Part shown: one piece after another, positions 43,982 through 53,018 of the stretch
Position numbering within the stretch: the stretch's first letter is position 1
How the letters are laid out: every line of letters starts with the position of its first letter
NCBI GenBank assembly: GCA_015233195.1
Contig: JADFYE010000007.1
Location: forward strand, 8,684-72,683
DNA: 64,000 nucleotides
Reading direction: 5' to 3'
DNA from: Candidatus Omnitrophota bacterium
GTDB lineage: Bacteria > Omnitrophota > Gorgyraeia > Zapsychrales > Zapsychraceae
Translations under genes and position numbers: made by a program
Notes under the pieces: model-generated
Databases searched by the model: none
Seen by the model: the letters and a program-made list of their open reading frames with translations, nothing else
What the model was told of the DNA's origin: nothing

Positions 43982-45058
43982 ATGAATATTCGTGAATTAT
44001 TTGTAAAAATGGTAAGCACAAAAGCGTCAGATCTTTATTTGCGTACTAAAGCTATCCCAAGATTTAGAATTAATGGAAAGATTGAGCTGCTGGGCAATTC
44101 TCCGATAACTAAAGAAGAAATGACTGGGGTGACTCATTTGCTTTTGGCAAATGATGAGCGGCGTAAAAAATTTGAAGCTCAAAAGAGTTTGGATTTTATG
44201 CATTTTGAACCTGATATTGGAAGGTTTAGAATTAATATTTTTTTACAGCGTAATACTCCTTCTATTGTGGCGCGGCATATTTTTACTGCTATTGATACGT
44301 TTGAAGAGTTACATCTGCCAGATATGGTTTGCAGTAAATTTGCTGACTCGATGCAGGGTTTGTGTTTGGTTTGTGGTCCTGCAGGCAACGGTAAATCTAC
44401 GACAGTGGCAAGTATTCTTGAACACGTAAATCGGAATCAACCAAAACATATCATTACTCTCGAAGAGCCAATAGAATTTTTGTTTGAGGATAAGAAGTCT
44501 ATCATTAATCAGCGGGAAATAGGCAGTGATGTTATGTCGTATCCTGACGCGCTGCGTAATGTTACCCAGCAAAGTCCGGATATAATTTATATTGGTAATA
44601 TTCGTGATTATTCGACCATGAAAGCCGCAGTTACTGCAACTGAATTGGGAGCTTGTGTTTATACAACTTTTCATACGGTTAACGCGGTGCAGACGATAAT
44701 GCGGATTGTTAATTTTTTTCCGCCACATCAGCATGATGAAGTACGGATGCAATTATCATTAATTCTTAAGGGGTCAATATCTTTGCGTTTGCTTCCGCGC
44801 AAAGACGGACAAGGGCGCGTTCCAGCGTATGAGACCATGGTGGTCACGCCTACAGTCGCCCGGTTGATTCATGAAAATAAAATTAAAGAAATTCAGACTT
44901 TTATTGATGAGGGGTCATTGTTCGGCATGTGTTCTTTTCAGCAATCTTTAATCCAGCTGGTTAAAGATGGTTTGGTAGATGTGGACGTTGCCCGCGCCTA
45001 TGCTGACAGTTCGGATGATTTTGATTTGGAGATAAAAGGAATAAAAAGATTAAGATAG
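43982..45058 (+). CDS. pilT: PilT-family type IV pilus retraction ATPase
   Basis: Walker A motif GPAGNGKSTT, Walker B motif IIYIGNIRD, and a PilT-like N-terminus (ASDLYLRTKAIPRFRINGK). Confidence 0.8.
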   Translation: MNIRELFVKMVSTKASDLYLRTKAIPRFRINGKIELLGNSPITKEEMTGVTHLLLANDERRKKFEAQKSLDFMHFEPDIGRFRINIFLQRNTPSIVARHIFTAIDTFEELHLPDMVCSKFADSMQGLCLVCGPAGNGKSTTVASILEHVNRNQPKHIITLEEPIEFLFEDKKSIINQREIGSDVMSYPDALRNVTQQSPDIIYIGNIRDYSTMKAAVTATELGACVYTTFHTVNAVQTIMRIVNFFPPHQHDEVRMQLSLILKGSISLRLLPRKDGQGRVPAYETMVVTPTVARLIHENKIKEIQTFIDEGSLFGMCSFQQSLIQLVKDGLVDVDVARAYADSSDDFDLEIKGIKRLR

Positions 45059-45146
45059 TATATTAATATAATAAGAAATATGTAATTTTTGTACAAATGC
45101 AACTAGTTGTAATTAAACAACTTACAATTTCCGCATTAAATTTCGT

Positions 45147-45175
45147 TTGACCTTAAAAAGCTATTTTGCTATATT
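45147..45175 (+). promoter_or_regulatory. Sigma70-like promoter for the purine operon
   Basis: TTGACC-17 nt-TATATT, ~50 nt upstream of purB. Confidence 0.45.
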
Positions 45176-45226
45176 ATACCGTTCAAGAAACCTACCAAAA
45201 ACCCACATAACAGAGAGGGATTTTTT

Positions 45227-46522
45227 ATGATAGATAGATATACGCTATCGAAAATGGGCAATATTTGGACTGAGAAAAGAAAGTTCGAAATATTTCTCGA
45301 TATTGAAATTTTAGCTTGCGAGGCAAACTGCAAATTAGGGCTTATCCCCAAAAAATCCATGGAAAAAATCAAGAAAAGCGCGAAATTTGACAGCGAAGAA
45401 ATTAAGCGTTTAGAAGAAAAGACTAAGCATGATGTGGTCGCTTTCATAAATAATGTTGGTCAGTCTTTAGGCTCAGACGCGCAATATTTGCATGTTGGGT
45501 TAACTTCATCTGATCTTTTGGATACAACGTTATCAGTACAGTGCGTTGAAGCCAGTGATATTTTGATAGCAAATGTTAAAAAATTACTTTTTGCTTTGAA
45601 ACAAAAAGCTAAGAAATATAAAGATACTCCGTGTGTAGCGCGTACTCATGGTGTCCACGCTGAACCTACGACTTTTGGTTTGAAGATCGCGGTTTGGTAC
45701 GATGAAATGAAACGAAATTTAGAGCGTTTGGAGCAGGCTCGTGAAATGATGCGGATCGGAAAATTGTCGGGCGCTGTTGGTACTTACGCTAACATTGATC
45801 CATCGGTTGAAGAATTTGTTTGCGAAAAGCTTGGTCTTAAACCAGCAAATATTGCTACTCAGATTATTCAGCGTGACCATCATTGCCAATTCATTTCTAC
45901 TATCGCGTTAGTTGGTTCTACTTTAAATAAGATTGCTACTGAGATCCGGCTGCTTCAGAAAACCGAAGTGCTGGAAGTTGAAGAGCCGTTTTTCAAAGGG
46001 CAGGTTGGATCATCAGCTATGCCGCATAAACGTAATCCCGTAACTTGCGAACGTATTTCCGGGTTATCCCGTATTTTACGTTCAAACGCTCAAGCTGCTT
46101 TTGAAAATATTTGTTTATGGCATGAACGCGATATCAGCCACTCGTCGGTAGAACGGATAATTATACCGGACAGCACGATCGCGTTGGATTACATGTTGTA
46201 TAAATTGATCCCGCTTATCGAGGGGCTTTTGGTATATCCAAAGAATATGATCAAAAGTTTGGGTATTACTCGGGGGTTGATTTATTCACAGCGAGTGCTT
46301 TTGGAACTTATGAAAAAAGGGCTGACCCGCGAAGCTGCTTACGATATTATTCAGCGCTGTGCTATGCAGGTTTGGCAGGAGACTTCGGATTTTAAAGAAG
46401 TGTTGATGCGCGACCGTCATGTGCGTAAACATCTTAAAGAATCAGAGATTGAATGTTGTTTTGATATTAAATATTATACTCGGCATACAGATAAAATTTT
46501 TAAACGGGTAGGGTTAAGATAA
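45227..46522 (+). CDS. purB: Adenylosuccinate lyase
   Basis: Fumarate-lyase signature GSSAMPHKRNP, full length. Confidence 0.95.
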   Translation: MIDRYTLSKMGNIWTEKRKFEIFLDIEILACEANCKLGLIPKKSMEKIKKSAKFDSEEIKRLEEKTKHDVVAFINNVGQSLGSDAQYLHVGLTSSDLLDTTLSVQCVEASDILIANVKKLLFALKQKAKKYKDTPCVARTHGVHAEPTTFGLKIAVWYDEMKRNLERLEQAREMMRIGKLSGAVGTYANIDPSVEEFVCEKLGLKPANIATQIIQRDHHCQFISTIALVGSTLNKIATEIRLLQKTEVLEVEEPFFKGQVGSSAMPHKRNPVTCERISGLSRILRSNAQAAFENICLWHERDISHSSVERIIIPDSTIALDYMLYKLIPLIEGLLVYPKNMIKSLGITRGLIYSQRVLLELMKKGLTREAAYDIIQRCAMQVWQETSDFKEVLMRDRHVRKHLKESEIECCFDIKYYTRHTDKIFKRVGLR

Positions 46523-47226
46523 TGGAAAAAAGAAACCGTATTTACGAAGGCAAAGCCAAGATCGTTTATTTAACCGACGATCCTGATTTGGTAATTCAAT
46601 ATTTCAAGGATGATGCCACAGCTTTTAATGCGGCTAAACGCGGTACAGTTGCGGAAAAAGGTATTGCGAATAACCGTATCTCGTCGAAGATGTTTGAATA
46701 TTTGGAATCCAACGGGGTTAATACCCACTTTGTGAAACGGCTTAGTGACCGGGAAATGTTGATAAAAAAAGTAGCGATCGTTCCTTTGGAGGTTATTGTC
46801 CGTAACAAAGCGGCTGGAACTTTTTCTCGTCGTTATGGTGTGGATGAAGGCTCAGAATTAGCTTGTACGGTTTTTGAATTATCGTATAAACGGGATGATC
46901 TGGGCGATCCTTTGATTAATGAATATCATGCTTTAGCTTTGAAATTAGCGACTGAAGCAGAGCTGAAGACGATCCGCGATCTGACTTTTAAGATCAATGA
47001 TCTAATGAAAAAGTTTTTTGATAATCTGGGATTGGAATTGATTGATTTTAAGTTGGAATTCGGTCGTTTTAAAGGCGGGATTATTTTAGCTGACGAGATA
47101 TCGCCTGATACTTGCCGGATTTGGGAAAAAGGTACAGGACGCAAATTGGATAAAGACCGTTTCCGTCATGATCTGGGCGATATTGAACAGGCTTATCAGG
47201 AAGTTTTGAGCAGGGTGGAGAAATAA
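46522..47226 (+). CDS. purC: SAICAR synthetase
   Basis: YEGKAK.VY...LEVIVRN...DEISPD..R.W. Confidence 0.95.
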   Translation: MEKRNRIYEGKAKIVYLTDDPDLVIQYFKDDATAFNAAKRGTVAEKGIANNRISSKMFEYLESNGVNTHFVKRLSDREMLIKKVAIVPLEVIVRNKAAGTFSRRYGVDEGSELACTVFELSYKRDDLGDPLINEYHALALKLATEAELKTIRDLTFKINDLMKKFFDNLGLELIDFKLEFGRFKGGIILADEISPDTCRIWEKGTGRKLDKDRFRHDLGDIEQAYQEVLSRVEK

Positions 47227-47350
47227 AAGAAGTAGTAAAGGTGTAGAGGTGTAAAGGTATAAATGTTTGATAGCGGCTTCGCCGAGGTTGAGATATAAAA
47301 TTATTTTTAAAAGTGAATAGAAAATATAAGATAAAAGAAGGCAGAGAGTT

Positions 47351-47388
47351 CCCTCTCCAGCCTTTGGGGAGAGGGTTAGGGTGAGGGG
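47351..47388 (+). repeat. Family C repeat, copy 3
   Basis: ccctctccagcctttggggagagggttagggtgagggg. Confidence 0.8.
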
Positions 47389-47443
47389 ATTAAAATAAAA
47401 CAAAACCTCTCATCCTTTTCTTTTTGTTAAAGGGTAAATAATT

Positions 47444-50347
47444 ATGATTTGGCGGATTGAAATTTTTAATAAAGAAGGTGTTTTTGACGTTCAGGGCGAC
47501 GGAGTTATGCGATCCGTGGTTGACCTTGGAATACATTCGGTGCATAAAGTTGAAGTTACTCAAGTTTATTCTATTGAGGGAGAACTTGACCATAACGCGG
47601 TTACCAAAATTTGCAAAGAACTTTTAACTGACCCTATAACTCAGGATTTTAAGTTTACAGTACAAAAAGATTTTTTACCTACTGTTAATTTGGAAGAGCT
47701 TAGGGTCATTGAAATCGCTTATAATCCTGGAGTAATGGATCCGGTTGAGTATTCGGTGATTAAAGGTATTCGCGACCTTGGGCTGGGAGAGGCTTCTGGT
47801 GTAAAGACTGCTAAAGAATACAAGATATTCGGACATATTACTGACGGGCAAGCTGATACTTTAGTTAATAAGGTTTTAGCGAATAAAATTATTCAGCATC
47901 AGGTAGACCACGCTCAAATACGCAGTGATCATTTTGCCACTATGGGGAATGCAGAACATGAAGTTATATCAGTAGATTTGATCGACGCAAAAGATAAAGC
48001 TTTGATGAAGTTGAGCAAAGATGGTCAGTTGTTTTTAAATATTGAAGAAATGAAAACCATCCAAGCGTATTTTAAGAAGTTAGGACGGAATCCTACTGAC
48101 TGTGAACTTGAAACCACTGCCCAGACCTGGAGCGAACATTGTTTTCATAAAACTTTCAGAGGGAATATTGAATTTGAATATAAAGAAAAAGGTAAAACTA
48201 AAAAACGGCTGATAAAGAATTTGCTTAAATCCACAATCGTAAAAGCTACGCAGGAATTGGATAAAAAATGGTGTGTGTCAGTATTTCATGATAATGCGGG
48301 TGTTATTGAATTTGATAAAGAATCGAACGTGTGTTTTAAAGTTGAAACGCATAATCATCCGTCGGCGTTGGAACCATTTGGTGGTGCGAATACTGGTATC
48401 GGCGGGGTTATCCGCGACATTTTAGGAACTGGTTTGGGCGCTAAACCGATCTGTTCGACTGATGTGTTTTGTTTTGCTCCTCCAGATACGGATTGGAAAG
48501 ATGTGCCTGCGGGAACTTTACATCCGAAACGGGTAATGAAAGGTGTGGTCAGCGGGGTACGCGATTATGGAAATAAAATGGGTATTCCGACGATAAATGG
48601 CGCGATAATTTTTGATCCGCTATACATTGGTAATCCTCTGGTGTATTGCGGTAATGTTGGGATCATGCCGAAAAATAAAGTATTTAAAAAGGTGAATAAA
48701 GGCGATTGCATTGTGGTTGCTGGCGGGCGCACTGGACGGGACGGTATACACGGCGCGACCTTTTCATCAGGAGAATTAACGACTGATTCCGAAGTGGTGT
48801 CATCAGGCGCGGTACAGATTGGCGACCCGATCCAGGAGAAAAAAGTTTTAGATGCTATGTTGATCGCGCGTGACCGGGGTTTGTATTCGGCAGTAACTGA
48901 TTGCGGAGCAGGTGGTTTGTCGAGCGCGGTTGGTGAAATGGGTCAGACTTTAGGCGCGTGGGTAGACCTTGATAAAGTTCCGTTAAAATATCAGGGACTT
49001 AATTACGACGAGATATGGATATCTGAATCGCAGGAACGGATGGTGTTCAGCGTACCGGAAAAAAATGTGGATGAGATGTTGAAAGTGTTCGCGTCTGAAA
49101 ATGTTGAAGCTACAGTTATCGGATATTTTACGGGCAAGAAAAAATTGGAATTGTATTACCGCGGCTCACAGGTTTGCGACATAGACATGGAATTTTTGCA
49201 CGAGGGCAATCCGAGAATTACTAAAAAAGCCAAATGGACAGCTCCTAAATTAAAAGCTAAAAAACTTCCGGCAAAAATTGATCTTAACGAAAAATTGCTT
49301 GAGGTTATGGGGCATTATAATATTTGTTCAAAAGAGTGGGTTATCCGTCAGTACGATCATGAAGTTCAAGGGGGAAGCATTATTAAACCTTTGATTGGTA
49401 AAAATTGCGATGGTCCGTCTGACGCGAGCGTTATAACTCCTAAATTGGGATCGAAAAAAGGAATTGCGATATCGAATGGGATTAATGCCCGGTATGGAAT
49501 GATTGATCCATATTGGATGGCAGGAAATTGTATAGACGAGGCAGTCCGTCAAATTGTAGCTGTAGGCGGGGCAATTGACCGTATTGCAATTTTGGATAAT
49601 TTTTGCTGGGGAAATCCGGATAAGCCTGATCGCTTGGGTTCTTTAGTCCGTGCTGCCGAGGGTTGTTATAAATTCGCGGTTGGTTATGGCGTGCCATTTA
49701 TTTCCGGGAAAGATAGTTTGTATAATGAATACGCGCAGAATAAAAAGACCACTGCTATTCCAGGTACATTGTTAATATCAGCAATTGGTATTGTAGACGA
49801 TGTTTCGAAGACCGTGACCATGAATTTCAAGAAACCTGGCAGTTTGATTTATGTGGTCGGTGAGACCAGAGATGAAATGGGCGGAGCAGTATATTTGGAT
49901 ACTTGCGGTGATATGGGCGTGAATGTTCCGCAAGTTGATCCTAAAGCAGCCATTAAAACTTTTAAAGCTTTGAATCAGGCTACAGCAAAGGGTTTGGTTA
50001 ATGCTATGCATGATTGTTCAGACGGTGGATTAGCGGTTACTTTAGCAGAAATGGCATTTGCTGGAAATTTAGGGGTTACCGCTCGAATAGATAAAGTGGT
50101 TTATAAAGGCAAAGAAAAAAGAGATGATGTTGTAATGTTTTCTGAGACGCCTTCGCGTTTGGTAGTAGAAGTATCGCCGGAGAAACAGAAAAAATTTGAG
50201 GCAGAATTAAAAGGGGTTAAATATAGTGTTATCGGGCGGGTGGAAAACTCGCCGGAGTTTGTTATATACGGATTTAAACAAAATGTGGTGGTTAACCTTT
50301 TTATCCAGGATCTTTGCGAAGCCTGGAAACAACCTTTGAGGTGGTAA
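47444..50347 (+). CDS. purL: FGAM synthase II (PurL) fused to two N-terminal PurS-like domains
   Basis: The PurL core begins around ...TWSEHCFHKTF. The preceding ~180 aa form two PurS-like ~80-aa units. Confidence 0.85.
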   Translation: MIWRIEIFNKEGVFDVQGDGVMRSVVDLGIHSVHKVEVTQVYSIEGELDHNAVTKICKELLTDPITQDFKFTVQKDFLPTVNLEELRVIEIAYNPGVMDPVEYSVIKGIRDLGLGEASGVKTAKEYKIFGHITDGQADTLVNKVLANKIIQHQVDHAQIRSDHFATMGNAEHEVISVDLIDAKDKALMKLSKDGQLFLNIEEMKTIQAYFKKLGRNPTDCELETTAQTWSEHCFHKTFRGNIEFEYKEKGKTKKRLIKNLLKSTIVKATQELDKKWCVSVFHDNAGVIEFDKESNVCFKVETHNHPSALEPFGGANTGIGGVIRDILGTGLGAKPICSTDVFCFAPPDTDWKDVPAGTLHPKRVMKGVVSGVRDYGNKMGIPTINGAIIFDPLYIGNPLVYCGNVGIMPKNKVFKKVNKGDCIVVAGGRTGRDGIHGATFSSGELTTDSEVVSSGAVQIGDPIQEKKVLDAMLIARDRGLYSAVTDCGAGGLSSAVGEMGQTLGAWVDLDKVPLKYQGLNYDEIWISESQERMVFSVPEKNVDEMLKVFASENVEATVIGYFTGKKKLELYYRGSQVCDIDMEFLHEGNPRITKKAKWTAPKLKAKKLPAKIDLNEKLLEVMGHYNICSKEWVIRQYDHEVQGGSIIKPLIGKNCDGPSDASVITPKLGSKKGIAISNGINARYGMIDPYWMAGNCIDEAVRQIVAVGGAIDRIAILDNFCWGNPDKPDRLGSLVRAAEGCYKFAVGYGVPFISGKDSLYNEYAQNKKTTAIPGTLLISAIGIVDDVSKTVTMNFKKPGSLIYVVGETRDEMGGAVYLDTCGDMGVNVPQVDPKAAIKTFKALNQATAKGLVNAMHDCSDGGLAVTLAEMAFAGNLGVTARIDKVVYKGKEKRDDVVMFSETPSRLVVEVSPEKQKKFEAELKGVKYSVIGRVENSPEFVIYGFKQNVVVNLFIQDLCEAWKQPLRW

Positions 50348-50349
50348 AA

Positions 50350-51054
50350 ATGGTAGAATCAAAGCTTGCGAAAAAAGTACCAGATTTTCAGATGGAAGAC
50401 CCATGGCGGGTTTTTCGGATTATGTCAGAGTTTGTTTATGGGTTTGAACATTTATCGAATTTAGGACCAGCAGTTACTGTGTTTGGTTCTGCCCGGACTA
50501 AGAATGATGATAAAATGTATAAGTTGGCGGAAAAAGTTTCAAAACAGTTAGCAGAAAAAGGATATACAGTTATTACTGGCGGCGGTCCAGGGATCATGGA
50601 AGCTGGCAACAAAGGCGCGTGTGAGGGCGGCGGTATTTCGGTTGGGCTTAATATTGAATTGCCGTTTGAGCAAAAACCAAATCCGTATATAAATCACCTG
50701 GTTAATTTTCATTATTTCTTTTGCCGCAAAGTCATGTTTTTGAAATATGCCTGGGCAGTAATTATTTTTCCAGGAGGGTTTGGTACTATGGACGAGCTTT
50801 TTGAATGTTTGACTTTAGTGCAGACTGAACGGATTGAAACTGTACCAGTTATTTTTATGGGCGGTGATTTTTGGACTGGACTTATTGATTGGATGGAAGA
50901 TAAATTGGTGGGAGATCATAAAATAGATCCTAAAGATATGAAGGTGTTTAATGTGGTCGATTCAGCCGAAGAAGCAGTGGCTATCGTCGATAAATTTTGT
51001 AAACAAGAAATGAAACGTAAAAAACGTAATAATAGCTCATGGAAAAAAATGTAA
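50350..51054 (+). CDS. LOG/TIGR00730 family nucleotide 5'-monophosphate nucleosidase-like protein
   Basis: GGGPGIMEAGNKGA and PGGFGTMDELFE motifs. Confidence 0.8.
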   Translation: MVESKLAKKVPDFQMEDPWRVFRIMSEFVYGFEHLSNLGPAVTVFGSARTKNDDKMYKLAEKVSKQLAEKGYTVITGGGPGIMEAGNKGACEGGGISVGLNIELPFEQKPNPYINHLVNFHYFFCRKVMFLKYAWAVIIFPGGFGTMDELFECLTLVQTERIETVPVIFMGGDFWTGLIDWMEDKLVGDHKIDPKDMKVFNVVDSAEEAVAIVDKFCKQEMKRKKRNNSSWKKM

Positions 51055-51854
51055 AAGTTTTAGTGTTGCGTACCGCAGGCACAAATTGTGACGGAGAAAC
51101 CGCGAATGCTTTTGCTCATTTTGGAGCAACAGTTGAAAGAGTTCATATCAAACGTTTGCGCAACCGGGAAGTATTGCTCAAAGATTATCATATTTTAGCT
51201 ATACCCGGCGGATTTACTTATGGAGATGACATTGAATCTGGACGGATTTTGGCTAATGAATTAAGGATACATTTAGGTGATGATTTGGCACAGTTTATTA
51301 ATGATAAAAAATTGATCGTCGGGATATGTAATGGATTTCAGATTTTGGTTAAAGCGGGTATATTGCCAGGTAATTTGGATAAGGGACAAGCTGCGGCTGC
51401 AGCCGGGTTTAAACAAACTGTTACTTTGACCAATAATGATTCTGGAAAATTTGAAGACCGCTGGTCTTATTTGAAAGTTTCGGGTGAGAGTGTGTGGACA
51501 AAGAATTTACCGAAGGTGGTTTATTTTCCAGTAGCTCATGCTGAAGGTAAGTTTGTTCCGTCTGATAATGCAGTGCTGGAAGCTTTGAAACATAATCAGC
51601 AGGTCGCGTTTACATATTGTTCGTCTGAAGGAAATGCGCCGGTATATCCAGAAGCGCCGAATGGTTCAATCGAGCACATCGCAGGAATCACGGATGTTAC
51701 TGGACGTATCTTAGGTTTGATGCCTCATCCAGAACGGCATTTTTATTTTGAGAATAGTCCAGGGTGGAATGGACAGACGAAAAAGGGATTGTTAGGCGAT
51801 GGCGCGCAGGTATTTAAAAATGGAATTGAGTATATAAAAGGAAATCTTTTATGA
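51039..51854 (+). CDS. purQ: FGAM synthase I (glutaminase subunit PurQ)
   Basis: LRTAGTNCDGET..., nucleophile in GICNGFQ, HPE near the C-terminus. Confidence 0.9.
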   Translation: MEKNVKVLVLRTAGTNCDGETANAFAHFGATVERVHIKRLRNREVLLKDYHILAIPGGFTYGDDIESGRILANELRIHLGDDLAQFINDKKLIVGICNGFQILVKAGILPGNLDKGQAAAAAGFKQTVTLTNNDSGKFEDRWSYLKVSGESVWTKNLPKVVYFPVAHAEGKFVPSDNAVLEALKHNQQVAFTYCSSEGNAPVYPEAPNGSIEHIAGITDVTGRILGLMPHPERHFYFENSPGWNGQTKKGLLGDGAQVFKNGIEYIKGNLL

Positions 51855-52852
51855 CGAAGAGCGTTACTTATAAGACGAGCGGTGTTGATATTGCGAAAGC
51901 TAATGAGTTTGTGGATAACATTGGTCCGGCAGTCAAGAGTACTTTTGTTAAAGGGATGATAAACCGCAAAGGTTCGTTTGGCGGGTTGTTTGAATTAAAC
52001 AGCAAAGCTTATAAAAATCCAGTTATGGTTTCATCTACAGACGGAGTTGGAACAAAATTATTGATCGCTAAATTATTGAACAAGCATGATACAGTCGGGA
52101 TTGATTTGGTCGCCATGAATGTGAATGATATTTTGTGTGTGGGCGCTAAACCGTTGTTCTTTTTGGATTATATTGCGTGCGGTAAAGTTCAGGTGAAAGT
52201 TTTAACTGATGTAGTTAAAGGTATTGCTGAAGGGTGCCGTCAATCCGGATGTTCTTTAGTGGGGGGAGAAACTGCAGAAATGCCGGGCATGTATGCAGAG
52301 GATGATTATGATTTGGCAGGGTTCACAGTGGGTGTGGTCGAGAAATCTAAGATAGTGGACGGCACAAAAATCAAAGCTGGTGATGTTTTGTTTGGCTTGC
52401 CTTCGACTGGCGCGCATTCTAACGGATATTCAATGGTGCGAAAAGTTTTATCTCAAGAGGATATGAAAAAAATGAAGGACGTGGTGTTAGCTCCGACAAA
52501 AATTTACGCTAAAGAAGTTGCTGCAGTATTGGCTAAATTTGACGTGCGTGGCATGGCGCATATTACAGGCGGCGCGTATTATGAAAAATTACCGAGGGTG
52601 CTGCCTAAAGGGCTTTGCGCGAAAGTAGACACATCGAGCTGGGAAGTTCCGGAATTATTTAAGATCATTCAGAAAAAAGGGAATGTGGCAAAAAGCGAAA
52701 TGTACCGCACTTTTAATATGGGGATTGGTTATGTGTTTGTGATCGCGAAAAAAGATGCGGCTGCGTTTGGAAAATTTTTGAATGTAAAAAAGATCAAGCA
52801 TTATATTATTGGGGAAGTGGTGAAGGATGGCAGGAGAGTGATATTAGAATAA
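51851..52852 (+). CDS. purM: AIR synthetase
   Basis: DGVGTK...GGETAEMPG. Confidence 0.95.
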   Translation: MTKSVTYKTSGVDIAKANEFVDNIGPAVKSTFVKGMINRKGSFGGLFELNSKAYKNPVMVSSTDGVGTKLLIAKLLNKHDTVGIDLVAMNVNDILCVGAKPLFFLDYIACGKVQVKVLTDVVKGIAEGCRQSGCSLVGGETAEMPGMYAEDDYDLAGFTVGVVEKSKIVDGTKIKAGDVLFGLPSTGAHSNGYSMVRKVLSQEDMKKMKDVVLAPTKIYAKEVAAVLAKFDVRGMAHITGGAYYEKLPRVLPKGLCAKVDTSSWEVPELFKIIQKKGNVAKSEMYRTFNMGIGYVFVIAKKDAAAFGKFLNVKKIKHYIIGEVVKDGRRVILE

Positions 52853-52947
52853 TTGTTTGCAGCTCATTTCGGGAATACGGACCGTGCTCAAACAGCGCTG
52901 GCGCTCAACTGCGCGCGGTCATATTCCCTGCATTCGTACAAACAATT
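52851..52947. repeat. ~97-nt long imperfect palindrome (same architecture as family D, different sequence)
   Basis: aattgtttg...gggaatacggaccg...cggtcatattccc...caaacaatt. Confidence 0.6.
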
Positions 52948-52975
52948 ATTTTATAGATAAAAGGTAAGGTTTTTT

Positions 52976-53012
52976 CCCTCTCCAGCCTTTGGGGAGAGGG
53001 TAGGGTGAGGGG
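52976..53012 (+). repeat. Family C repeat, copy 4 (its G-rich tail ends 6 nt before the purD ATG)
   Basis: ccctctccagcctttggggagagggtagggtgagggg. Confidence 0.8.
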
Positions 53013-53018
53013 TAATAG

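Noticed and set aside
45059-45226. A purine or ZTP riboswitch upstream of purB.
   Set aside because: I could not find the conserved purine-riboswitch junction sequences or the ZTP pfl-motif core. The region is AT-rich and contains only a sigma70-like promoter.
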